Of a stretch of 64,000 bases of DNA, positions 15,010 to 29,809 are shown in pieces (the first letter of the stretch is position 1; each line of letters opens with the position of its first letter). The DNA lies in the NCBI GenBank assembly GCA_012295275.1, contig CM022679.1, positions 17,856,001 through 17,920,000 of the forward strand, read 5' to 3'. The notes beneath the pieces were generated by a model. The model saw only the letters and a program-made list of their open reading frames with translations, did no database searches and was not told the DNA's origin. The position numbers and the translations under genes are program-made. Source of the DNA: Chrysomallon squamiferum (lineage: Eukaryota > Animalia > Mollusca).

Positions 15010-15870
15010 GGTTTATTCCCGATTCTGGCATTCCCGAATCTGGCAGTGAGATTATAACACATCTTAATTGGACACGCCAATTGTTCCATTTCTGGCAGTT
15101 TATTTCTCACCCTTACTAATTGGTGTTACATCACCTTAACTGATGGCCCATCACCTTAATTCATGTACTTTTGTTAAACTGTATTTTGTCCACAATTTGT
15201 AGGACAATCAGTCACACTCTATAACAACTTCTTCCTCTACTCTTCATATATCTTTGGGATACTGGTCAGCTCCTCCCGTGCTGGCTTCCGCATGGTGTTG
15301 GTCAGTAGGTGGACAGCAACTGCACTCTCATCCGAGGAATGGATGTGGTCTTTACCTCTCCTGACCACAGACCCATCCGGTGTAGTAGTCACGGTGGCAA
15401 GGCACCTCGAATACAAATATCTCCATGATATTCTTGTTATTAATCCGCCGTGCATATACCTATATCCATCAAGTATGAGGTCCGCAACTGGTTTTCTGCC
15501 GTCCAAAATTTCTCCCTTCGCAGCCATGATCAAACATAACAAACATCATGACTGTACAGTATTTATATAGGTTGTATTTCCTGTCTCCAAATTTTATACA
15601 TCTCTTAATTGATCTTGTTAACCCCACATGTCTAAATTGGTTAACAACATTAATTTCATGTCTCCAAACATTAACTTTCTTGCAATCTCTATTCCGGCTC
15701 ACCTCTGCTCTTCACTGTTCATTAAAGTTAATCTCCTTAATCGCCCCCTCTGTTCTTTATAAACTCTAAATTGGCCTTAATTGCTCACGCCAGTTTTCCC
15801 ATTTCTGGAAGCGGATTATAACACCTCAGCGATTACCTAATCTGGAGACTGCCAGTTTTGAGAACATACC
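15010..15870 (-). mobile_element. Non-autonomous Mutator-like (MULE) element carrying a FLYWCH-domain remnant
   Basis: Perfect 9-bp direct repeat gttagttac at 15001-15009 and 15871-15879. Imperfect 21-bp TIRs (ggtttattcccgattctggca / tgccagttttgagaacatacc). Minus-strand ORF 15237-15527 reads LILDGYRY...SWRY...C.ATVTT...HIH, FLYWCH-like with the first Cys lost. Confidence 0.85.
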
Positions 15871-16939
15871 GTTAGTTACGTGCTAATGATAAAGCTATCA
15901 TGTTAAGTTTTTCTTTTTCCTTCATTCATTTATTCATTCATTTAATTATTCTTTTGTTTTTGTTTTATTATTAATTTTTATTATTTATTTTTATTCTGCA
16001 CGATGTAGTTTATTTGTATTTATTAATAAAGTAATCGGTTGAAAGTCAGGTGGACTGAGATATTGTTGCAGAACCAAATCTTCTCAATATGTTCATTCAG
16101 CTATTAACCGTTACAAACAAATCTTTTAGACTGGTTTATCAAATATTTTGTTAGATGATATCCTGACCATGAGAAGATGAATTTCCCCCTCCTCTCCCCT
16201 CCAAAAAGAATACATAAATAATATAAAATAAAATATAAATAAATAAATAATATAAAAAAGTAAATAAATAAAATAAATTGTATATCTAAAGAAGATGCAT
16301 CGTTAAAGATGTTTAGTTCGAAAAGAGTAATACGGGTAATTTATTAAAAGATTGTCACAAAAATACTGATAGGAATACGAGTACAATGATATCCTAGTGT
16401 TATTGATCTTATGTGCCTGACAGAAAATTGAAATATCAATAGCTAACATTAAAGATACCATTCGAATGTGTCCCTGCTTCTTGCGTAACATAATGAAGAG
16501 GGCTGATGTATTTTTACGACTGCCGTAAATTGACTCCGGTCCATATCTGTCTTAAGTTGGCGACTTTGCGACGAGTGCTGTGGACTGTGTAGGTTTGACA
16601 AAAGAAGACGGCACTTTCGGCACTATCCCACTACTGAACGAAGATGAGGTTTTTATGAATTAAATCAATACCTCTCATCGATAGACAGAGATTGAAATGA
16701 GCACTTGATTCGAATAATAATCTTTAGGACTTTTTCAAAACTCTTTGTGTTTGCTCTGTTAGCAACAGGTTATGTTTATAATGATATTGCAGTGTAACAG
16801 AGGTGAAAGATCAAAGATATCTCTTTTTTCTTTGATATTTTATTAACATGAAGATAGTGCATGGAATGCTGTTATCGTCATCAACATCACAAAATGCAGA
16901 AGCAGCAAAAAAAAAGAAAAAAAAGTATAATAAACACAT

Positions 16940-16980
<41 letters not shown>

Positions 16981-18160
16981 GTTCTGTGCGAATATGTTTT
17001 GTCTCATTTTCGTTTTCACATATACTGTTTTAGAAAAAGGAGCGGTTTGTTTATTTTTGTATATTTCATTTCAGACTCTTTCTGCTACGTCAGAACCGTA
17101 GAAAAAGCAGTACAGAGTTCCTAAATGTCAGTTTCATATTAAAACCTTTAAACGTTATAATAAATAATAATTATAGTTAAAATAGTGTCACATAACAGGC
17201 AACACATCATAGTGACTGTCATATTTTTATTTACTAATTTTAAAATTCATTTACTGCTGGTATCTTTTCACATTTAATAATTTTCTACCCTTGGAGAAAT
17301 ATTCAGCTAGTAAGTGCAGACTAAATCTACTGTAATGTAGACACATCAAAAAGGAAAACGTCCTCATGCGTTTGAGTTTTTGCAACGTTCAGCGATTTAC
17401 AGTTAAACATAGCTGGTTAGTTCTTCGTGTTCGTTTGTCTCCAGTGCACATTACCAACATACTAACGAGTCTATTCTACCACTGACAAATTTTATCACAT
17501 ATATTATTCATGACCTACTTCAGGTGAGTGGTTAATACATCCGGAGGATATGACGCCAGAGCAATGATCGTGTAACTTCTTGAAAAAGAGGAAACTGTAC
17601 GTGTAAACCAGATTCTTTTAGCTTAAATATTATAGATGTATTTGTTTGTTTGCATTATGTTCATTTATTTCTTGTACTGTCATAAGACTCGATTAGGCTA
17701 TTTCCATTTCCTCACGTTGCTCTAGGTCTGGTCCCTAACGGTTACATTATACCTTTTATTGTCCACATAAAGTGGATATAAATTTTATCTTACTGCCGGT
17801 TCTAACAATAACCATGGAATGACTTGAACAGCCTTGTTTTGATAACAAAACTGATAGAACGTGTCATTATACAAATACATTCACAGAGTATTCTATTCGA
17901 TTACTTTGTCAGCTGCGAGGGGCTATATTTTTTAGTTTAATTTCCATTGCTGAGACTAGAATTTCAAGAAAAAAGTTAATTTTTGAAACCTAAGAACGCT
18001 GGCATGCGTTCTTAAATGTTCATTTAGTTATAGCTCTATTGCAACTGGACAAATTTAACTGGAATATGTAGAGATTATTTATATTTAATAATATATCACT
18101 AGTACTCCGTAAAAAAAAAAAATAATACTAGTAAAAAAAATAATAATAATAATAATAATA

Positions 18161-18222
<62 letters not shown>

Positions 18223-18996
18223 AAAATTAGCAATACAAATTGTGAAACTGTGAATGATTTTTCATCTGTTAACAGAGACAGATAAAATTAAGATTTATTC
18301 TGGTGTCATGATCAGAATAAGTGAATAAATGTTTAATGATATATAAGCGCATTTGAATAGGTAGTAGAGCTCCAACATACGGTTATGTATATGAATGAGG
18401 AAATCAGTATATTTTGGCTGCATTTATCAATTAGTCAATATTTACTTTTCTATGCACATGATACACTCATATGAAACTGACTTGAATGGGGAATAGTCCC
18501 GAAGACGCTTGATCCTGCGACCATATAATTTCTGTGACGTAGTATTTCTATTTCGGCTTCGTGTCGGCTGTCGACTGGCAGAGGGCACGTCATCGTGCAA
18601 CGCGTGGACAGTTATCGTGACAAATTTAAAAAAAGAAAAAGAAATCCAAAATAAATAAAAAATTCAATTATCAAAATAGCAGGCATTGTTAAACACAGCA
18701 TGGCGGGGGATGTTTGAGATAAGCGTTAATGTGTGTTTAGAACTGACGAAATGTGTGGGAAATGATTCTCAGTTGACAAATCAATAATACTTTTCTGACT
18801 AGCACTGATTTTAAAATGTGCTTTGGAGTGTGGGTGTGGAAACATTTCTCTTGCCAAGTTTCGGATTTATTTTTTTTTTTTTCCCCTATCCATTTAAGGC
18901 TTGTTCAGACAAACTAACTCAGAGTGATGTATTTTAAATAACAGTAGTTAAATCTTTCTTTGTTTCATACATACAGTCTTTGTCAAAGTCACCGAC

Positions 18997-19079
<83 letters not shown>

Positions 19080-20915
19080 TATTTTTTTTTTTTAAGTATG
19101 CCGAATACTTTATGAAAACAGATTGTTACTATTTTCAGATTATTTTTGCCAACATACTACTTCGAATATTTCTTCCCACAGTGAGAAATTAATTTCAGTT
19201 TTTCACATTTTTATTCCAGAGTTCAGAATACTCCGTTATCATCTACTTTTTAGTATATAATCTTGTCAGTTGAACGTTGTTGTTTGTTTTGCTTTCTACT
19301 TGATTGTTGTTGTTTTTCTGTTCTCTTTTTGGTTCTTTTTTATTATTTTTTAATTTTTTATTTATTAGAACCGAAGGAAAAAAGATAAAAACAACTATTT
19401 ATATAACATCTAAGTTTAAAAGCATCATTATAAGCTTTTTATCTTCAGAAAAATATTGCAAATAAAACCAAATAATATTATTTTAGAATAAAACTATCTG
19501 ATGATGATAAACGAACCTTTTCTTTTTTTCAAAGGTATCATTAAACGATATTCATTCCATAATATAATTTTAAAATGCTTATTTTTACTCTTTTCGATTT
19601 TTATTAATATTATTATTTGTTAAAAAAAACCCAAAAGGGATCAATTCAAAAGACTATTTACAGCAACATAATTATCCATAAGCATTTTCAGTCATATATT
19701 GTCTTCTTTCTCAGAGTTACAAACTACTTGTCATTTGAGAATGGGGAGAAAAAAAAAGGACAAATAATATAAAAATAAAACGCTGTATGTCATTTTTTAA
19801 GGCACATTACGTGTATATAATTAATATATATGTATTTCTTACTTTTTTATTTAACATGTATATTTTTATTCAACCTGACTAAATAATTCTAAGAGCATGA
19901 TAAATTATTAATAAATGATACTGTTTATTACATAAAACACAAAACCAACAATATATTATTAATTCAAGCCATTTTGTCTTAGGAATGATTTAGATGTAAT
20001 CTTAAGAATAACAGAGTGTTTTCTAAGCTGGAGTTCAGTGGTGTTTTTATATTTTTAAAAGCTTCGGGTGAGTCTTTGCTTTCTGTCTTCCGCCATTGAG
20101 ATTTGTCAGCACTCTCATATTATCGTGTCTTTGAACTTGACCATTTCAGCAATTTCTCAGTACTATTCATTTCTTCAAAGCTTTCTGCGTGTTTTTTTTT
20201 TTTTGTTTTTTTTCAGGTTCGATTATCAAAATCACTGCTGTTTTTCATCGACAATTTTTTCTTACTTTGCTTTTTTTATTTCCAAAAACATTGCCTTTTA
20301 ACATCAACACAATAGAAATGGCATCTTCACTGTAACTGACTTTGAAATAAATAACACACTAATGCCTGCCTATAACCAAGTGACTTTCAGGCCCATTTCT
20401 AGGCTCTGTCTGAGAAATGCCAAATGATAACAAGAAATTCAGTACTAAAATATTAATGCACTTATTTCATTATGGATGGTTCAAATCACTAGGTCAACCA
20501 CAAGCACTGACTTTCATAAGAAAGAAAGAAATTTAAAGTATAATATCTTATTAAAAACTGCGGTTCATTATTTAAAAAATGCCAAGTTGAAACAATAAAT
20601 AAATAAATAAATGAATAAATAAATAAATTTGGCAGGATTTAAAATATTCTTATATTATACAGTTGTATGTCTGAAAGTTAACTCTGAGTAATAGTGTCTC
20701 AGTTATTTTGTACAATGAAATTACAGAACACTTTTGTTCTTCTGAATTTTGGCACTCTCTACAAAATCAACAAGTAATTTGCTTTCTTATTTGATATACC
20801 CAACAAAAGTAACATTAAGATTTTTAAATTTTATTTATTTTGCACCTGATAGATCTAATACACGAAATGGCAACAAAAAAAAAAAAAATCGTTCTTTCAC
20901 ATTTATCTACAACAA

Positions 20916-20953
<38 letters not shown>

Positions 20954-21226
20954 GTTGTTGATAGCAAATCTCCCTTTTGTCAGTTACAAATTATATAACA
21001 AGGTTAATTAAAAACCCATTTGGATAGCCACATACTAACTGATATTCCTTATTTCCTCTGAATGTCAGACATTCAGACTTAAATTGTAAGTTTGATTTCT
21101 CCGAAAACTGCTTAATTTACTTATTAAACTTATCATACATGGAATCGGATTTGTTTAGGAATACAAATTACATAAAATATCATCATCATCTTTATTATTA
21201 TTATTATACACCTTCTGTTTTCTTCT

Positions 21227-21267
<41 letters not shown>

Positions 21268-21723
21268 CTTTGTTTGGTTTACATAATTATCTTTTGAAAG
21301 TAATATGTACACAGGGAAAAGGCTTCCTTTTCTTAAATTCATTTTGTGCCAATGAAAATGTTTTTATTTTTATAAATTTATATTGTGGCACCTCTTTTAT
21401 TGATCAAGAGGGAAAAAGCTATTTCCTATAATGTCTCTGAATAGTAGCAGACATCTGTTTTTCTAGTTAGAAAAAAAATTTAAACAGCTTAGTAAATCTA
21501 TGGTTTTTATATGATACAAAACTATTAAATATATTTTCTGTTTTGATTACTTTTTGTTATGATCATATTTTAAATATTTATAATTATACAGAACGTTGAC
21601 AGTTCATCGAAAAGTAATTCATACTTTGTTAATATTTAATATATAATGAACAAGTAAATTCTTATATCCTTTTCTTTTTCTTTTCTTTGTAACTGTTGTT
21701 GTTTTTCTTACTATTACAGTGCT

Positions 21724-21762
<39 letters not shown>

Positions 21763-22662
21763 CAATTCAGTATAACAGTGGGTATGGTTGGAGAGTGGCA
21801 CGACACAGGATATTGGATTTCGTTTTAATCATAACTGCTGTTTGTGAATATACATTATTTTGTCGCAGTCAGTTAATACAGAAGAGAAATGGCTTATTTA
21901 TTTTGTTTTATTTTCTCGTTTATATATTCTTTTATTTATTTGTTTATTATTTTGTCTATAGTGACAGTTTTTAACGTGTTATTATTATTTATTTATTTTT
22001 ACAGCTATTTTAATTTTTGTTCTATATATTTATTGTTTTTGCTTATTTTAATTTCCTTTCAGTAAATACAATTTATTTTGTGTATCATTAAATGCTGGCA
22101 TAGTTTCTGATTGACTAACGAACAGACAAGCAGACACACAGAAAGACAAACAAATAGAGAGATAGAAACACAGATACAAATAAATATATACATTCTCCTA
22201 TGCAGCTGAATTTTATTAAAGTATATTTCAGTACTTTAATAAAATGTTAATACTCAAATTTGTGAATTAAAAAAAAAAAAAAAAAACTTTCCAACATAGG
22301 TCTAAACAACAACTGTCATTTTCTTCAGTCATAAAATCGCCCCGTTTATACACAGACGTTAACTTTTAACCTGAAAGAAGCAATATTACTTAATGATTGT
22401 AATTAAATTTTAACAACTATGCATCACATATCTTAGTACATCTGTGTACTTTGTATAGTCTATCTTTTGCGATATTCCTCTGTTCCGGGATTTGATGTAA
22501 ACGTAACACTGTAAATCTTATTATTAAGAGTTTAGTGTACTCAGTGAAGACAATAGGTTTACTTCTAGAAAAGGCAATTCATAAATTCTTCTAGAAGAAA
22601 TAAAATACAAGTTTACATCTGTGTAACAACTGTGAACATTACTGAGTTCATTATTGCATATA

Positions 22663-23409
22663 CAGTGGAACCTCGACTTTTGCTTTGAGTTGCGAGCTAA
22701 AATCCGAGAACTGAGCGAGCTTCAGATATACCGCCGCTAGTTGGTGCATACGGACAACATGACATCCGGCCAGCATCCCGCGTCTCACTAGACTACTTGA
22801 TGTGGGTACCTCGCCGCGGAAGCACCTCTGTTGTGTTGTGCTCGCGTTTTGTGCAGTATTTTGCCAAATTTCTTTTTTCTGGCCGTTGAACCTAAGAAGG
22901 TGAGTGCAAAGGACAGTGCCGAGAAGAAGAAGCGGATGATGTCCATTGAATTAAAGCTTGAATTCACAGAAAAACATGAGCGAGGTGTGCATTTAGCCGA
23001 CTTAGCTAGGCATTGTGAGCGTAGTACATCTACGATATGTACCGTACTGAAGCTGAAGGAGTCGATAAAGGCTGTAACCTCAGCCAAAGGCGTTAAAATA
23101 ATTTGTCTGATATCCAAAATAAATACACTTTACAAAACTAGTCTATTTCTTTACATTCTCTTTAATTTTGTTTTTATACCCCATTTGTCATTTATAAAAA
23201 CATGTTACAAAAAAAATAATAATAATAATAATTATAATAATAAAAATATAAATAAATAAATAAAAAGACGAAAAAAAGCACTTGGGGGCTGGAACGGATT
23301 ATTGGTATTTCAATTAATTTCAGTTGGAAAAATGGATTTGATATACAAGTAAACTGACATACGAGCTCGGTCACGGAACGAATTAAACTCGTAAGTCAAG
23401 ATACCACTG
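22663..23409 (+). mobile_element. Non-autonomous Tigger/pogo DNA transposon (internally deleted)
   Basis: Termini cagtggaacctcgactt ... aagtcaagataccactg, TA on both flanks. Encodes the CENP-B-type N-terminal HTH (KKRMMSIELKLEFTEKHERGVHLADLARHCERSTSTICTVLK). No DDE domain. Confidence 0.9.
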
Positions 23410-23430
23410 TATGTGTGTGTATATATATTT

Positions 23431-23467
<37 letters not shown>

Positions 23468-25026
23468 GTGCATTTTTTTTTGTTATTGTTTCTCAACTAC
23501 AGATTTTAACAAGAAAACAGATACTGTTTCCTTATCTTCTTCAGAGTTATTAGAACCAGTCTCTTCCACTCGTACATATATCATCATCTTCCAGTAAATC
23601 AGTAAAACGTGCATTTACTGAGAATGTTTAATTGCATGAAAAAGTTGCGGATGCGTTTGTTGATTTATGCGAGTTTTTGTGAGTATGTGTATATCTGTGT
23701 GTGTGTGTGTGTTTTATCTATTTTGAGTGCTTGGTGGAACGAAAAGGTTAGATTTTATTTTTGCGAATGTATATATTCATAAATTTTGGTTCAATGTATG
23801 TTGTATAATTGTCTATGGTTTGTGATTTTAATTACATTTGTAGCGGTGCCAAGTTTTACTATAGTGTATGTGTGTCTGTGGGATATCTATATTCAGTGCT
23901 GGTGAAAGTATTTACAAAGAACAGACTAAACACGAGTGGTGTGCTCTGAATGAAATATTTTACAAGTTGAAACAATGTTATGCTGATTACCACACGGGAA
24001 CTGTCTAATATAGGATAAAATCAGAGAGGAATTGTTTAGAATGGTAGAGACGATACACTAACGATTTCTCAAATAGCATCTGATGGTTTTCATTATGGGA
24101 TTACAATAGATTTACGAAAGGAAATAGGATCATAAGATAAGTTTTGTCATCCCCAAATAGAACACTGAATGTTCACACTGATGACATTTAAAAGTAACAA
24201 ACTAAAAAATATTACTAGTTCATTGTTACTGCTGTTGGTATTGCTGTAGGCTGTTTTTACTTCAGTTTCTCGTGCGCGTATGTTGTTCATGATACTTTTT
24301 TAAATGATTGCATTGTGTTCTTGCCTTCAGAGAAGACAATTTAAAACAATGCAACAAAATTTCAGTGTGTTCGTTTTTATCTTAGAATCAGTTATTTTAG
24401 AGAGAGAAGGAAAAGACTTTTCCAATAATTATATTACTGATATGAGAAGTGATTTTTAATTTTTTTCTATTTTATTTGTATTTTTCTTCTTATTATTGTT
24501 GTTATTTTTTTATTTTTGCCTTCCTTTTATAAAACAGGATACAAGATCGAGAAATATCCAGATATATGTATTTAATTATTATGTTTTTGTATAATGCCCT
24601 CAGACACTCCAAAGTTAAAATGAATAATAAATTATTTAAATGAGCTTATTTCATGCTAACATTTTTCGAAGAATATTCATTGTACTGTGTGTCAGATTTC
24701 CCAGCATCACTGATGATACTGAAAGCACACTGTAGTGTTAAACTTTGTTTTATCTCTGAAATCTGTGTAAACCAGTACAAATATAAAGTATGTATATCTA
24801 TTGTTATTTGTGGCTATTAGCATAATTATTCAAATAATTATTTGCCTGCTTTGTTTTTAGTGTTTTGTAAAAGATGGCTTGATCATTTTTTATTTTTTTT
24901 AAATATACCTAACTTTGTCATAATCGGTTCATTGTATAATATGTGGAGTGCTTAATGGAGCGAACATACAAACAAATAACAAAAAATAAAAAAAAAATAA
25001 AAATAAAAATAAAAATAAAAAATAAA

Positions 25027-25100
<74 letters not shown>

Positions 25101-27108
25101 CACAATAATAATTTATTAATACCATCTCAGAACCAGCGTGTTTAAAAGATACTGAAATGGATACATATAAGATTTTTTTTTTCCAAATACGATTTGTTAA
25201 TCTAAATGCTAGCTCTTCAAAATTACGTGCTCAAAACATTCATTCATACTACATCATGAAACTTGAACCGCTTTGTCGTTAACCCAGAGCATATCAAGTA
25301 ATGCCAGTAATCCCATTATGGTTGCTTTAGAAATCATTAGTCTATTGTTGTCAGCGTTTAAAACAGTTACCAGTCTGACTGCCAATTCCCAGCTATATTA
25401 AAAGTCGACCTTCTCTGAAAGTATTTTTCTTTTTCTTTTTCTTCCTTTCTATCTTTTTTTCTCTCTGCTGGAAAGAATGAGTAGTATCAAAACATTTTAG
25501 TATTAAATATTTTTAGATGTAAAGGGGTTTATATAAGCTTCTGTCATGTGAAACGTAGCCGACATCAAATTAAAATGTGATGTGTTTAATATTTGGAATA
25601 ACTGGAGGTATTTTTTTAATTATTTATTTGCTTCTGAAAAAATCATATTATCACCGATTGCTTTATATTATTCATTAAATTTAAATATAAACAGTTTTTG
25701 TTAAAAACCACATATTATTCTAGCTATTTTGTCTATTCTTTCTCTCTTTTTCAGTATTTCTCTTTATCTCTCATTGTCTTTCTTTCTCGTTCTTTCTCGT
25801 TTCCTTTCCTCACCTGTTTGCAGCTTACATGTTCCTCAGTCCCATTTCAAGAAACATGTAACTGTAGTAACATCTCGCCTTATGCAGATACCAAACGAAA
25901 GTGGACTTGATCAAGAAAAAACATTATTTATTCTCAAATATTAGTGAACATGCATTAAATGCCTCGTCCATTAATATCGTCATATTGCGGGTTCCTGACA
26001 TAGAATGTTGTGCACGTATATGCTGCATGTGGTCGTTCTCATGTTTAAAACACTGTAAAGTCAGACGCAGAAGCTTTTTGTTCTACTCTGTGTTGACAAT
26101 ATTCTTAGCAGACTCACAGGAAGCTTTACAAAATAATTTTAATTTTTTGTTGATTATTGCCAACTATGGTGGCGTAAAGTCAATACAAATAAAACTAAAA
26201 TAATGGTTTTCAATAAAAATTTTTTTTTAAAAATGCTAATATATTATGTAAATTTAGAACTTCTGATGTTAATCTTTACAAAATTTGAGATGAGAAAAGG
26301 TATACTAGATAAACATGCAATAATTTGTTTAATAAATATATAATTATTTGTTTAATAGTAAGAAAAACATGTTTATTTAAAAATGTTATGTTTGTTACCT
26401 GTCCTACACTTTAAATGTTCATGAATATTTTAACGTTTTTATTATATATCTGTAATACATTCTTCTCTGAACTGTAAACCAAACAGTTTAAGAGAAAAAG
26501 AATAACCCCGATTTAAAAGATAAAGGGAACAAAACATACGATTAAAACTGTTATAAATTTCGCAGTCACGACAAGTTCGAAAGTAAGAAATTCAAAGTTT
26601 AGAAGAAAATTGCCAAGATTATTAAATTTCCAAATGGATTTTGTCTTGTTTAACCGACTGAAGCGACCGACCAACGTTTACAGGGCAACGACCTAAGGCA
26701 AACTTAATGTCAGTTTGCTACATTAAACTTAAGTGCCTTCTATAGGTGAAATCAGCTGATAATGGAAGTCATATTTATTTATATATCTGATTTATTAAAA
26801 TAGTACAATTTTTGAACGATATTAGAAAGAGAGAGATATATGAGAATTACAGAGCTCTTGTTACTTTTTTTTCAGCATTGGCTTCAGAAGCAATTTATAA
26901 CGTCATATTTACTGTTATTCAGCATGACAGGAATGTTTTATTATGAATAACAAGAAAGGTTACAGATGTAAATAACATTTCTGTTTCGTAATTTCTTGAC
27001 TTTCTAATTTTGTATCAGAAATATTTCTTATTATCATTTAGTAAAAATCAAAACAAATAAACAAACTATCTCATTACATTCATTTTCTTTCATTTTCTCA
27101 CTTTACAA

Positions 27109-27151
<43 letters not shown>

Positions 27152-29391
27152 TGAAAAATATACATATAAGCCAGTCAACATGTTATGAATCGCAATATAG
27201 CTAAAAGTAAAAATGTTGCCTCCTTTTGCTGATGAACTTATAGTGGCTGTCAGGCAAAACGTTTTAATGTAATTAGGTCTGGCAAATCATATTTCTAATT
27301 GATTCTGCTCGACCTGGTCACGCCATTAGTCGTATCTTGTATCTTCCTTCCTTTGGGAAGTACAACGCATACTTTCCTTTTCTAATCCAACTTGTAAAAC
27401 AGTGTAATTGGTAGATACATATAATTCATACCAAAATCGACGAGAAACGTTTATGATGGAGAATATTAACTTGACGAAAAACGTGTCTTATTTTATTTAA
27501 TTTCTTTTGAAAATCCAATAGGAATGAACATAATTCGCTGTTTTAAAATATAATGACCATACCAATTTTTTGAGGGGTTTAAATTTTTTAAATAATGAAA
27601 GACTTTTTTTTTTTTTTTTAAGTAATGTTCCTTTAATTCACGAATAATCGGAAAAAACATTCCAGTTCCTTTTATTGTTAGAGCTGTGCTTTTTAACTGG
27701 ACAGGTCTGTTTGTAGCTTCTTTTAAAAATATTTATCTCATCAAAACAATCCAGTGAGATTTTCTGCATTTAATTAGGTCTTATCTTAGACCTGTGAGTG
27801 GAAGTTGTTCATATTATGCCTAAGTCTACTGGTATCACGTTTTTTTTTTTTTTATACTGTTACAACGCACCTCCTTACCCAACTAAAAAGCATGGCCAGT
27901 CACTCTCCAGAGTTCATTAATAACTGATGTATTGACAATTATTAACTTTGTTAACATCAAGAACAAACATATATTAAATCTGTCTAACAGCGGATAACTA
28001 ACTGAATATGAGACTGAATCGTTATTCCGTTCGTATTGTATCCGACATCTTATTTTAAGCCATCGTAACAGACACAGCCTATCGCTGCCCACATAAAATC
28101 ATTTTATTGCCTGACAATAAAGCGTCTATAAATCGCCGGAACTGTTAAAACGTACAGAGATAAAAGAGAAGTGGTGAGATCTAGATGACGCTAACTCTGT
28201 GAAGAACTTTATTGTCTTCGAAACAAGAAACTAATTTACTCCTAGAATATTAAAAACGTACTTGAAATCTGTTTATTACATTACACTGCAATTCGCTAAT
28301 AAACTTCTTTTTTTCTCTAAAATTAACAAAGATCGTAAAAGTGCATACTTATGAAATATTTAGAATGAAAAAGACAGAAATGTTTATTATGCCTGTCTTT
28401 TGAAAAACATGCTTAGCGATATATATTTTTAATATCGAATCTATTTCTACAGACGAAGAATATTGCATTACACAATACTTTGCAATTAAACATAAGTGAA
28501 TTTTAAATTGCACTGGTCTAAATTTTTCTATGTCAAATTTTCGTGTTGTTTGAAAAAGAAGAAAAATATGATCTATAATAAAATCAAATATAAAGTTATT
28601 AACAAAATTCATATAAATTTAAACCATTAAGGTCTGCCAAACTATTTTGCCTTTTATTGTGACTTTTTTATATATATATTTCACTTAATTTTATTTTACT
28701 GTTATATTATTATTATTATTATTTTAAATATATTTATGGCTAGTGGACCAGAATGTCTGATTTTTATTGTTTAGTCGAGAACTGAATTAAAAAAAATATA
28801 TTTTCAAACTGCTATTTTAAAATCTGTTTTACGGTCCTTCGAAACCCTTATAAAGATTACTTAATTTAAAAAGAGAAGACTCTACTGGTTTTTGAATAAT
28901 AACTGTACCTGCATGAATTGTTCAGTATTTAAACTGAAAACAGATATCTAACCTGAGTTTAAAATCACTATGTATGTAATAAATTTAAAATAAATTTAAA
29001 TATTCATATAGCACAAATGTGGTTTCCAGTCTCTTAAAGTCTGTTGTGAAATGATAATGAAGCCAGATTTAGAACAATATTATATGTGTGAGAATATAAA
29101 TTTGCTGTGAATTTGTCTTATCTGAATATGAATTTGATATGAACTGATCAAGATGATTTTGCAGATATTTACCTTTTAAGCTGCTTATTACATTAATATT
29201 AAAGCTTTTATATTCTAGTTTTCGCATTTTTGTAGAACGAATAAAAATGCATAATAATATCGTTTCGTTTATTTTAATGCTTAATACTCAAATTAGAGAT
29301 ACTATTTTTCAGGTGTTATTTCCAGTTGCAAATAAATGAAAATAAACTGATTAACTGATATCACTATACTGAATCATCAAAGATTTTTTTT

Positions 29392-29443
<52 letters not shown>

Positions 29444-29762
29444 CGTTGTTGTTGTTGTTGTCATTGTTGATGTTGTTTCTGTTGTTATTAGTAGTAATAA
29501 TAGTATTCTTGATGTCAATGCTGTTGTTGTATTTTTATTGTCGTCATTACAGTTACAATACAGATATGGTTCAATGGTCTTATACTGATATTATCTTGCT
29601 GCCTCAGTCATTATAATGTTTATTATAAGATAAGATAAGATAATGATTTACTGCCCATAAGGGAGTCGTTTTTCATCATAGAACACTCGTTCATAAAATA
29701 ACACTCGACAAAACAACAATGGGAGACACTTACAATAAGTTATATTTATTTATTTATTCTTC

Positions 29763-29809
<47 letters not shown>

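Noticed and set aside
16550-16680. GC-richer segment with short open frames and a weak hairpin
   Set aside because: No recognisable motif or consistent splice signals.
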